A DNA stretch of 44,998 nucleotides. Origin: a virus (lineage: Duplodnaviria > Caudoviricetes). The stretch covers positions 1 through 44,998 of IMG/VR virus record IMGVR_UViG_3300038318_000509; one strand, written 5' to 3'. The position numbers and the translations under genes were made by a program. Shown one piece after another: positions 36,319-43,635 of the stretch (its first letter is position 1; every line of letters starts with the position of its first letter). The notes below the pieces were generated by a model. It was not told the DNA's origin. It made no database searches and worked only from the letters and a program-made list of their open reading frames with translations.

Positions 36319-36347
36319 AAACTTAACTCACTAACAACCCCTGGCCT

Positions 36348-37184
36348 CTAGAAAGGCTCGTTTTCGTCCATCACTTCTCCACCATCGTCCATGTCATAGA
36401 TATCATCCTGCATATAATCATCCTCGGAGATACCCATAGATTCAGCAGCTTGTTGCATGGCACTGCGCATCTTAGCCAAGCGCATCATTTCCTTTGGCAC
36501 CACGGGATCGCCCAATTTAAAGCGACCAACGGCGTAACTAAACTTTCCAGCCTTTTCAGGCGTGAGGGTTGCCACAGTCTCCACAGCCACATCGGTAATA
36601 CCCTTGGTGAGACGAGCTGAAATGTACTCGTCGAAACTTTTTAGACTGGTTGGCGGGAAACTCACAAACGCCGGCAGTTGATAACCTGGTAACACGAAGA
36701 ACACACGGCGCATTTCTTTACAAGCTTTACCTGCCGTGGCTTGACCAGCATCGTCCTCCCCACTCCCCCACTGGTTCATGGGGCAGGTAGCACAGCTACG
36801 TTCCATGCCATCACGAGTTACGCCAGTGATGCCGTCTTGGCTCGAACACTCAGGCACGTTGTCGTCTGCACCCTTAACCCAGTAACCACGGGTTTTTTGC
36901 TTATAGACAATCACGCCCCGAAGCTCGTCTAATGTCTGGCCGGAAGGGTCGATGAAATTACAGGCATCTTTGTTGATCTTAATCCGTGCTGGCCTAAGGG
37001 TTGCTCCCTCGCGACTCACTTCGATTTCTTTTAGATAAAACTCAGCAAACTCCATGATCTCCTGATTGCTCAGGCCGGTTGTATCAATCCCTGCTGCCTT
37101 CAAAGACTGGGCAACAGAATCTGGTATAGCTACTGCGTTTACTGTGCCTTCAGGATTAGCAATTGCATTTGTCTTTTCATTCAT
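36348..37184 (-). CDS. Putative ssDNA-binding/recombination protein with Zn-binding Cys and acidic tail
   Basis: Start moved to the ATG at 37184 (GGAGG RBS). CSS.DG..G, CATCPMNQWGS, GKACK, PPTSLK; acidic C-terminus ending DENEPF, like SSB tails. Confidence 0.65.
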   Translation of the reverse strand: MNEKTNAIANPEGTVNAVAIPDSVAQSLKAAGIDTTGLSNQEIMEFAEFYLKEIEVSREGATLRPARIKINKDACNFIDPSGQTLDELRGVIVYKQKTRGYWVKGADDNVPECSSQDGITGVTRDGMERSCATCPMNQWGSGEDDAGQATAGKACKEMRRVFFVLPGYQLPAFVSFPPTSLKSFDEYISARLTKGITDVAVETVATLTPEKAGKFSYAVGRFKLGDPVVPKEMMRLAKMRSAMQQAAESMGISEDDYMQDDIYDMDDGGEVMDENEPF

Positions 37185-37229
37185 TTTGGTTCCTCCTCGA
37201 TGTTGAATTGCACTTTGAATAAAAGATGA

Positions 37230-37338
37230 TGGAGCGGGCGGGGATTTGCACCCCGCATGGACCCAATTATCACCGGCGGCTGCCGAGGCAACCCAGGTCA
37301 TCCTACCGTATAGCGTCTACCTGTTCCGCCACCGCTCC
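37230..37338 (-). ncRNA. tRNA-like structured element A (no canonical anticodon arm)
   Basis: Acceptor GGAGCGG/CCGCTCC plus discriminator A, D-arm GCG-GAACAGGTAGA-CGC (tRNA-Leu-like), T-like arm GCGGGG-TGCAAAT-CCCCGC, about 55-nt middle; no encoded CCA after the discriminator. Confidence 0.72.
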
Positions 37339-37358
37339 ACCAAACAGTAAAACGGTAT

Positions 37359-37823
37359 CTACGCCCCCAGTGAGGCGATTAACCCCAAACGAGTCGCCGT
37401 GAGCCTTGCGACTGTACTTGTCGCTGCGAATTGATTGTTGAGCAAGTCCAGGTCAAACTGACAAGAGTTGACTGCTCGTTCATACTCTTTCTGTTGATGA
37501 ACTCTCTTTTGATACTCCCTGGACTCATTAAGCCGCCTTGCGAGCTCAGCTTTGCGAGCAGTATCATTCGAGTACATAGGCTTCCCGGTTGCAGGATTCT
37601 GTGCTTCGGTGATTTCAGCCAGAATCATTTGCTCCTCAAAGAGCACTTCAGCCTTCATCGCTTCGAGGTTCTCTTTGGCCGACTGCAACTGCTGCTGCCT
37701 AGCCCTGATTTGCTCAGGATACGACATCAAAGTATTTTGCAGTTTTTCGATATTGAGTGCCTGCTCGATGGAGCTGACCAATTTGGTATTATCCAGCCTG
37801 TTTCCGATAGGTTGTACACTCAT
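37359..37823 (-). CDS. Coiled-coil hypothetical protein
   Basis: AAGGAG RBS; helical; GKPMYSNDTARKAEL. Confidence 0.75.
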   Translation of the reverse strand: MSVQPIGNRLDNTKLVSSIEQALNIEKLQNTLMSYPEQIRARQQQLQSAKENLEAMKAEVLFEEQMILAEITEAQNPATGKPMYSNDTARKAELARRLNESREYQKRVHQQKEYERAVNSCQFDLDLLNNQFAATSTVARLTATRLGLIASLGA

Positions 37824-38022
37824 TGGTGTCACTCTCCTTTTCTTTTTTGCGACTTAAGTGATCTTGAATCGTGTTAGCAATCTTGCGCAAATGATCGTCA
37901 CTGCCGTAAATCGTAAGGTGACTGTCAATGGTCAGGAGATTGCCGCCGTTGGAGTTAATCAATGCAGTCACGTCAATGTCTCCCTGCAGGAACATATAGC
38001 CTGCGACCCTTGATTCAAACAC
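37789..38022 (-). CDS. Hypothetical protein (77 aa)
   Basis: GTG start with GGAGG RBS. Confidence 0.6.
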   Translation of the reverse strand: MFESRVAGYMFLQGDIDVTALINSNGGNLLTIDSHLTIYGSDDHLRKIANTIQDHLSRKKEKESDTNECTTYRKQAG

Positions 38023-38036
38023 ACGCCCTCCCCCTC

Positions 38037-38125
38037 TTGAGTTTGTATTTTCGTTGTGATAAACTACTAATAGATGATTTTTGTGCTTGCCCCTACTCTA
38101 GTTCCCGCTAGATGGGGGCTTTTTT
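38037..38125 (+). ncRNA. Putative short antisense transcript unit (promoter + ~55 nt RNA + terminator)
   Basis: TTGAGT(38037-42)-17 nt-TAAACT(38060-65) with an extended TG; hairpin GCCCCTA.TCTAG-TTCCCG-CTAGA.TGGGGGC followed by TTTTTT. Confidence 0.55.
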
Positions 38126-38312
38126 AATCCAGATACACACTGTCACAAGTCTTAATCTGCAGCGTAACCAGGTAATCGCAGTACTCTTCCGTCATGGATT
38201 CCTTAAATTTGTCAAACGCCTCAGACATATCCTTGGCCCTTACAATCATTAGCTCCAACCTCGGTTCGCCCAACTGGCTCTCGTGCCACACGTAAAACAG
38301 TCGATTTGGCAA
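38124..38312 (-). CDS. Hypothetical protein (62 aa)
   Basis: TTG start with GGAGGTG RBS. Confidence 0.6.
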   Translation of the reverse strand: MPNRLFYVWHESQLGEPRLELMIVRAKDMSEAFDKFKESMTEEYCDYLVTLQIKTCDSVYLD

Positions 38313-38471
38313 CTAGCTCACCTCCTCTTCCCCATCATCCCGCCTGGTTAGTAGCCAGCGCTGGATCCTGCGGAGACGTTCCTGGCCAATTGCACGCTCT
38401 TCCTCGGGGAGAAATTCGACTCTTATTTCCAGTTCTGGTTTGTCTCGCTTCGGTTTCGGTTTTCCGCCCAC
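38313..38471 (-). CDS. Small basic protein (52 aa, MGGKPKPKRDKPELEIRVEF...RLRRIQRWLL...)
   Basis: Not in the ORF track; GTG start with GGGGAG RBS; its stop abuts the next start. Confidence 0.55.
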   Translation of the reverse strand: MGGKPKPKRDKPELEIRVEFLPEEERAIGQERLRRIQRWLLTRRDDGEEEVS

Positions 38472-38483
38472 AACTCACTCCCC

Positions 38484-39047
38484 CTAAGCTACCGGCATCC
38501 GCCTAGTATACTGCTCATGGCACTGTCTAGTAGCAAATCCTCTCGCAAACAACTTCTCATAGCCTCTGATGGCTTGCTCATCCACATCGACACCATAGTA
38601 GCGGTGGATCATCGTGAAAAACGTATCTTTGGCAGCCACGATATCCATTACTTGCTCAATGGCACGTTCTAGGGCCATTCGGTCAACTTCAGTTAACTCA
38701 TCAGACACCAACTTGTTACGTAGCGACAATGCCTCCAGAGCCTCAATTGCCTCCGTAAACTCCTCAATTAGTACATCACGCACGGTCATTGGATGCATGT
38801 CGACTAAATCCAGGTGTGGCATTGTCACCATGTTGATGGGACACTCAAAGCAACACTGCCTTTGATAAGCCTCACTCTTGGTAAAGTGGACAAAAAGACA
38901 GGACACATTACGCGGAATGTCATTACATACACCCCTTTCGTAGTTGGAGATCATCGACCTATCAACCCCACAGGCCTTGGCCACTTGGGTTTGGCTCATC
39001 CCCAACCGTTCACGTTCCTGCCTCATCAAAACTCCAAGTTTACTCAT
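38484..39047 (-). CDS. XRE-family HTH regulator with C-terminal extension
   Basis: RERLGMSQTQVAKACGVDRSMISNYERG; CFECP. Confidence 0.85.
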   Translation of the reverse strand: MSKLGVLMRQERERLGMSQTQVAKACGVDRSMISNYERGVCNDIPRNVSCLFVHFTKSEAYQRQCCFECPINMVTMPHLDLVDMHPMTVRDVLIEEFTEAIEALEALSLRNKLVSDELTEVDRMALERAIEQVMDIVAAKDTFFTMIHRYYGVDVDEQAIRGYEKLFARGFATRQCHEQYTRRMPVA

Positions 39048-39087
39048 CCGTCAAACCTCCTTTGTTTGGGTAGTTTGGTGACCTCAC

Positions 39088-39267
39088 TTACTCTTCAGCG
39101 TTCAAAACCTTTGCGTACTCCTCTGCCTCTTCTTTGGTGACAAAATGCCCTCGACACTCTCTGACTCCACTATGCATCGGCTCCCCTGGTTCCAGAGGTC
39201 TCGTCTGCCTCCAGACTTGATAAAATCCAACGTTGGTGGTCACTCTCCACTGAGGCGTCTTTCCCAT
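39088..39267 (-). CDS. Hypothetical phage protein (59 aa)
   Basis: WRVT.N...YQVWR...HSG.RE..G.F....EAE..A..LN. Confidence 0.65.
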   Translation of the reverse strand: MGKTPQWRVTTNVGFYQVWRQTRPLEPGEPMHSGVRECRGHFVTKEEAEEYAKVLNAEE

Positions 39268-39290
39268 GCTTCTCACCTGCTACTTTCCGT

Positions 39291-39419
39291 CTAATCCTCA
39301 TCAGCAAGGGTCACATGCTGCCCTTCATCGATGATTACACACACTTCATGTTCGTGGTACAGCTTCAGCGCTTGCCCAATTGTGATGCGTTCAATAGCAC
39401 TCCGATACGTGATTGCCAT
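39291..39419 (-). CDS. Small hypothetical protein (42 aa, MAITYRSAIERITIGQALKLY...)
   Basis: Not in the ORF track; ATG with AGGGGTG RBS; fills the gap in the early operon. Confidence 0.5.
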   Translation of the reverse strand: MAITYRSAIERITIGQALKLYHEHEVCVIIDEGQHVTLADED

Positions 39420-39503
39420 AGGTTTCACCCCTTCCTTGAATACTGTGTTAAACTTCCACGCTTAGCTACTTCTGCTGTGAATCACTTCGGTGGTAGAATT
39501 TGG

Positions 39504-39776
39504 TTAGGCAGTCTCCTTAGTTGCGGAGGTTTCATCTGGCTGTCCTGCATTTGCTAAATCCGCAAACTCGTTTGTAAAAAAATCTCCTAAGTTACATTGG
39601 AGTTTTTTTGCCAATGCAGGCAGTTGATCGGCCTTGAACGCATACTCGCCCTTTTCATATTTCATATATGTTGAGGCGTTCTTGAAGTCCATGTATTCCG
39701 CCATTTCCTGCAGTGTGAGCCTCAACTCCATACGTCTCTTTTTGATGAAGATCAGGTTTATGCTCGTTCGATTCAC
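39504..39776 (-). CDS. Cro-like HTH repressor
   Basis: IKKRRMELRLTLQEMAEYMDFKNASTYMKYEKG; divergent from the repressor gene. Confidence 0.88.
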   Translation of the reverse strand: MNRTSINLIFIKKRRMELRLTLQEMAEYMDFKNASTYMKYEKGEYAFKADQLPALAKKLQCNLGDFFTNEFADLANAGQPDETSATKETA

Positions 39777-39795
39777 GTTGTCACCGCCCTCCTGT

Positions 39796-39927
39796 TTGCT
39801 AATTTAGCAAGTCCTTGTCTATATCTTATATTGCTAGTTCAGCAAAGTCAAGCACTATTTTGCTATATTAACAAAATACTTTTTTCCAAAACGGAAAAGT
39901 GATAGAATGGTTTTGCAAGAATGGAAA
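39796..39927. promoter_or_regulatory. Lysis/lysogeny switch: divergent promoters and TTGC-N7-GCAA operators
   Basis: Operators TTGCTAATTTAGCAA (39796-810), TTGCTAGTTCAGCAA (39831-845), TTGCTATATTAACAA (39860-874), with degenerate copies at 39884-898 and 39913-927. Leftward TTGACT-17-TAAGAT (39851-39823); rightward TGaTAGAAT (39900-908). Confidence 0.8.
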
Positions 39928-39941
39928 ATGAGGGATGTCTT

Positions 39942-40298
39942 ATGGTGAATGTCGGTTCCAGACTAAAAGCTCTCCGGGAGGACCGGGATCTGTCGCAGAT
40001 CGAAGTGGCGGAAGCTCTTGGTATTAATAACAGCGTCTTGTCTCGGATTGAGAACGGGAAAAGGCCTGTGGAAGATGATCTGCTTTCTAAGTTCGCACAA
40101 TTCTATGGTGTGACGTCAGATTATCTGCTCGGTCTAGTACGCAAGTCTACCCAAACCCGCGAACTCCCCCAAACCGTCGCTCCCTATCTTCCTGAAGGGT
40201 TTACCGAGCTATCGCCCGAAGCCAAAAAGGAGGTGCTGGACTACGTAGAGTATATTATGGCGAAATATGCCAAGAAGGAGGAAAAAGACAAAAATTGA
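39942..40298 (+). CDS. CI/ImmR-like XRE repressor
   Basis: GSRLKALREDRDLSQIEVAEALGINNSVLSRIENG...FYGVTSDYLLG; no S24 autopeptidase domain. Confidence 0.92.
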   Translation: MVNVGSRLKALREDRDLSQIEVAEALGINNSVLSRIENGKRPVEDDLLSKFAQFYGVTSDYLLGLVRKSTQTRELPQTVAPYLPEGFTELSPEAKKEVLDYVEYIMAKYAKKEEKDKN

Positions 40299-40768
40299 TT
40301 CCCACCCACTTTTTGTATCAGCTAGCCGACTACGAGGGGATCAAGATTGAGTGGCACGACTTCACACACATTCAAGGACTCTACACATATACCCCAACCA
40401 TGACCGCACCAGTAGTAACACTCTCCCACCAATTACACACCAATGAACGCAAACTGCGCTGCGTCTTATCCCATGAATTAGGACACCATTTTAAGACAGT
40501 GGGACACCACATTATAGCCCCTAACGGGACAAGCTCTCTCTATGCAAATAAGAATGAGATCTTGGCCACGAAATGGGCAGTCGACTTAATGATTGATACA
40601 TATACGTTTCTGGAGCGCCTGGAAGATGGATTGAACAGGCAAGAATTGGCGGACTATTTTTATGTCCTGCCCGAGTTTGTGGATTCGAAAGGTGAACTCT
40701 TAAAGGTATCAAGTGAACACGCGGAGGTTGTCGCCGAACTAAAGGTCAGCTACGATGTGATTTTTTAG
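40295..40768 (+). CDS. ImmA/IrrE-family metallopeptidase (anti-repressor)
   Basis: LSHELGHH (HExxH) and NEILA; overlaps the repressor stop. Confidence 0.9.
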   Translation: MIPTHFLYQLADYEGIKIEWHDFTHIQGLYTYTPTMTAPVVTLSHQLHTNERKLRCVLSHELGHHFKTVGHHIIAPNGTSSLYANKNEILATKWAVDLMIDTYTFLERLEDGLNRQELADYFYVLPEFVDSKGELLKVSSEHAEVVAELKVSYDVIF

Positions 40769-40836
40769 TGTGAGTTGTCGGAAGAATTTATAGAAGAGAA
40801 AAAGGTGTTTTCAAATATATGTTTGGGGGTTAGGGA

Positions 40837-41913
40837 ATGGACTTTATAGACGAGCTCAAACAATTTGCTAAGCGGGTGGAAAGACTAAAGGAAACCATCA
40901 CCACCGAGGAAGCTACTAAGACATCGATTATAATGCCCTTTTTCCAACTGCTTGGATATGATGTATTCGATCCAACCGAGTTTCTGCCGGAATTCACAGC
41001 GGACGTAGGCATCAAGAAGGGAGAAAAGGTTGATTATGCAATTATTAAAGATGGACAACCAGTGATATTGATCGAAGCCAAGTGGTGTGGAGATACCTTG
41101 GAAAAACATGACTCGCAGCTCTTCCGCTACTTCGGAACCACTTCAGCTAAGTTTGCCATCTTGACCAATGGAATAAGGTATCAGTTCTTCACTGACCTGG
41201 AAGAGAAAAACAAAATGGACTCAAGGCCGTTCCTTGAATTTGATATTACCAATGTCAAGAAACCCTATGTTAATGAGTTGAAGAAATTTCACAAGAATGC
41301 TTTTGATGTCGAAACCATTTTTGACACTGCAGAAGAACTCAAATATTCTAATGAGATCATGAAGTTCATGGATCAACAGCTTAGCGAGCCATCGGATAAT
41401 TTTGTCCGCTATATCCTTGGCGAAGTCTATTCGGGTATGCGTACCCAGAACGTGATTGATAAGTTTCGTGACATTGTCAAAAAGTCTCTTAATCAGTATA
41501 TTAACGAGCTCATGAGCGATAAGATAACTGCAGCTCTCAGAGCCAGCTCTGCCCCTAACAAGGAGGCTGAAGAAACCTCTGATGAATCAGAAGTATCTGC
41601 AACAGAAGAAGTCCCTCGCATTGTAACTACAGAAGAAGAGCTTGAGGGGCTCTTTATTGTTCGTCATATTCTAGGTGATATCGTAGATAAGGAGCGAATC
41701 AACCATCGAGATACTGAATCCTATTTTGGCATCGTGCTAGACGACAACCGATTGAAATGGATCTGCAGGCTTCACTTGGACGGGACAAGGAAACGTGTCA
41801 CTTTCCCAACAGAAGATAAGAGCCGGATTACGCATGACATCAACACGGTAGATGATCTATACAAGTACAGTGGTGAGCTAAAAGCTATAGCATCTAGTAG
41901 GCTCTCGGATTAA
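40837..41913 (+). CDS. HsdR-N-like (type I REase N-terminal) PD-(D/E)xK nuclease-domain protein
   Basis: TEEATK..IMPFFQLLGYDVF.P.EF.PE, KVDYAI, LIEAK, QLFRYF, ILTNG; no helicase motifs. Confidence 0.85.
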   Translation: MDFIDELKQFAKRVERLKETITTEEATKTSIIMPFFQLLGYDVFDPTEFLPEFTADVGIKKGEKVDYAIIKDGQPVILIEAKWCGDTLEKHDSQLFRYFGTTSAKFAILTNGIRYQFFTDLEEKNKMDSRPFLEFDITNVKKPYVNELKKFHKNAFDVETIFDTAEELKYSNEIMKFMDQQLSEPSDNFVRYILGEVYSGMRTQNVIDKFRDIVKKSLNQYINELMSDKITAALRASSAPNKEAEETSDESEVSATEEVPRIVTTEEELEGLFIVRHILGDIVDKERINHRDTESYFGIVLDDNRLKWICRLHLDGTRKRVTFPTEDKSRITHDINTVDDLYKYSGELKAIASSRLSD

Positions 41914-41923
41914 CTAAACAAAA

Positions 41924-42991
41924 GTGTTGCCGGATTTATGTTTGGGAGGGGTTTCGGTTGCTGATACGGAGGGGGACAGTGTGCATAGAAATCAATACAA
42001 TAAGTTAGATCATGGGATTGAACAGTTAGAGAAAAGAACCGAAGTGGATTCGTCTACCACCAGCGCTCGCACCATGAATGAAACGTATGATTCTCCTGCA
42101 GCGACTGCTGTGCCTAGTGCGCCAACATTGGCAACCAACACTGTGGACTTTGGAGAGTGGTATGTGTCTCTTAGTTTTGGAAAGTCCACATCTAAGAATT
42201 ATACAAAAGCCGTTGCCCTTGCAGAGGCAGCTCCCAAGTATATTCGCTCTACAGATGAGATGGAGAACATAATTCACCAAGCCATATATGGACCTGAATC
42301 TGAGCAGTATTTGGACTTTATTGCTCTTTATGAGCTAGTTTCAAATTGGAAAAGTAGTTTTGTCGTTATCAACGGCTCTATCGTTGATCGGAAGATAATT
42401 CAAGGACTTAACTACTGCTATGGCGACAAGTGTCGAAGCAGCAATCCCAGTTTTTGTTTGGGAGCCAGCATGTTTACAGAAAATCCATTTGGGTGCCACA
42501 GGTTGCAGGTTAGCTCATGGAACCATGCATGGTGGACGTACGGCCGTTTCGATTCTAATGGTGTTTGGCATGTGGACAAGCTATCAATTGGAAAGCGAAT
42601 GAAAGAAAAAGCATCGATGTACGAGTTGTGCCCCGCCTTTTCACGGGAGCGAGTATTGGAAGGTTTAGAGTCATTACCAACAACAATCGATCCTAATTCT
42701 GACGAGAATTGGCGGACCTGCACCCATAACATTGACGGCAGATTCTTCAAGGGGGTCTGCCCAGCCCATCAACAACGGGTTCTCTCATACGTTATCGAAA
42801 TCAGACGCGAAGAACGTACTACCGAAGAATCAAAGCAATCTCATCGATTTCATTCAAAGGATGATACATCACCTGTGATCAATAATGAGCGTCTTTCAAA
42901 TAAAACTACTAAAACTACGTCGATCGGATGCTTAGTATATTCAATTGTAGCCTTGATTTTGTCCTTTCTATTAGTTTTTGGCAGACGGTAG
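41924..42991 (+). CDS. Hypothetical Cys-rich protein with C-terminal membrane anchor
   Basis: Several Cys (CYGDKC, FCLG, FGCH, LCP); C-terminal GCLVYSIVALILSFLLVF; true start uncertain. Confidence 0.75.
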   Translation: MLPDLCLGGVSVADTEGDSVHRNQYNKLDHGIEQLEKRTEVDSSTTSARTMNETYDSPAATAVPSAPTLATNTVDFGEWYVSLSFGKSTSKNYTKAVALAEAAPKYIRSTDEMENIIHQAIYGPESEQYLDFIALYELVSNWKSSFVVINGSIVDRKIIQGLNYCYGDKCRSSNPSFCLGASMFTENPFGCHRLQVSSWNHAWWTYGRFDSNGVWHVDKLSIGKRMKEKASMYELCPAFSRERVLEGLESLPTTIDPNSDENWRTCTHNIDGRFFKGVCPAHQQRVLSYVIEIRREERTTEESKQSHRFHSKDDTSPVINNERLSNKTTKTTSIGCLVYSIVALILSFLLVFGRR

Positions 42992-43062
42992 AGGTCTGGT
43001 TGATTGAGAACGCAGCATCATTCTCTGCTACCACATTTACTTGTTATCGGAGGGGATCAGAC

Positions 43063-43281
43063 GTGAAACTTCTTAGGTATAGGAAACCATCCGCCAAGAC
43101 AATGCTTGGCATTACCAAGGCGAAGAAAGCTGTTAAACGAAAGACTGGCATTACTGCCATTACAAAACCTTTGAGGGCTGGCACTAACTTCAAACGAAAA
43201 ATTAAGAGAAAAGCAGGATATTACTCACCTCTGGCTAAGGCATTACGAAACAAAAAGCCTCCAACATTCCTAGGTTGGTAA
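43063..43281 (+). CDS. Small highly basic protein (72 aa)
   Basis: GTG at 43063 with GGAGG RBS; K/R-rich with no acidic residues. Confidence 0.7.
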   Translation: MKLLRYRKPSAKTMLGITKAKKAVKRKTGITAITKPLRAGTNFKRKIKRKAGYYSPLAKALRNKKPPTFLGW

Positions 43282-43338
43282 TCAAATAGGGCCGGTTCAA
43301 TGCTGGCCCTGGGCCTCGGCCCATATATTTTTTCTCCA

Positions 43339-43368
43339 TTGACAGAATACACGTTCCCAATATAGCAT
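43339..43368 (+). promoter_or_regulatory. SigA-type promoter with a Firmicute LexA (Cheo)-like box in the spacer
   Basis: TTGACA (43339-44), GAAT-ACAC-GTTC (43345-56; one mismatch to GAAC-N4-GTTC), TAGCAT (43363-68). Confidence 0.6.
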
Positions 43369-43419
43369 AAGTAGTACATTAGATTCCCACTTCATATACA
43401 TTACTGAGGTGGGGCGAAA

Positions 43420-43635
43420 ATGAAAGTCACGGTTGTATTTGACGACAATGGTGACCGGGAGCTGCTGTCCCGAGCCATACGTTATTTACTAGCACGGAGG
43501 GAGATCATTGAGCCTAGCAATCATATATCCCAGGGTAAGCACAGAGGATCAAGCGAGGCACGGTTACAGCCTCCCCGATCAAATAGCTCAGTGCAGAGCA
43601 AAGGCAAAAGAACTAGGAGCAACGACGATCATTGA
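43420..43635 (+). CDS. Small leader ORF overlapping the integrase start
   Basis: ATG with GAGGTGG RBS; MKVTVVFDDNGDRELLSRAIRYLL; contains the integrase RBS. Confidence 0.5.
   Translation: MKVTVVFDDNGDRELLSRAIRYLLARREIIEPSNHISQGKHRGSSEARLQPPRSNSSVQSKGKRTRSNDDH

Noticed and set aside
36202-37338. Calling the two elements functional tRNA-Leu genes or a tmRNA
   Set aside because: No 5-bp/7-nt anticodon arm can be drawn, the T loops lack TTC, and there is no G3-U70 pair or tag ORF. Reported as tRNA-like instead.
36202-37338. tRNA-derived attachment sites
   Set aside because: They lie inside the early operon rather than at a prophage boundary, and the integrase is a serine recombinase.
40837-41913. 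Type I restriction-modification system
   Set aside because: Only an HsdR-N-like nuclease domain is present; there are no helicase motifs and no hsdM or hsdS.
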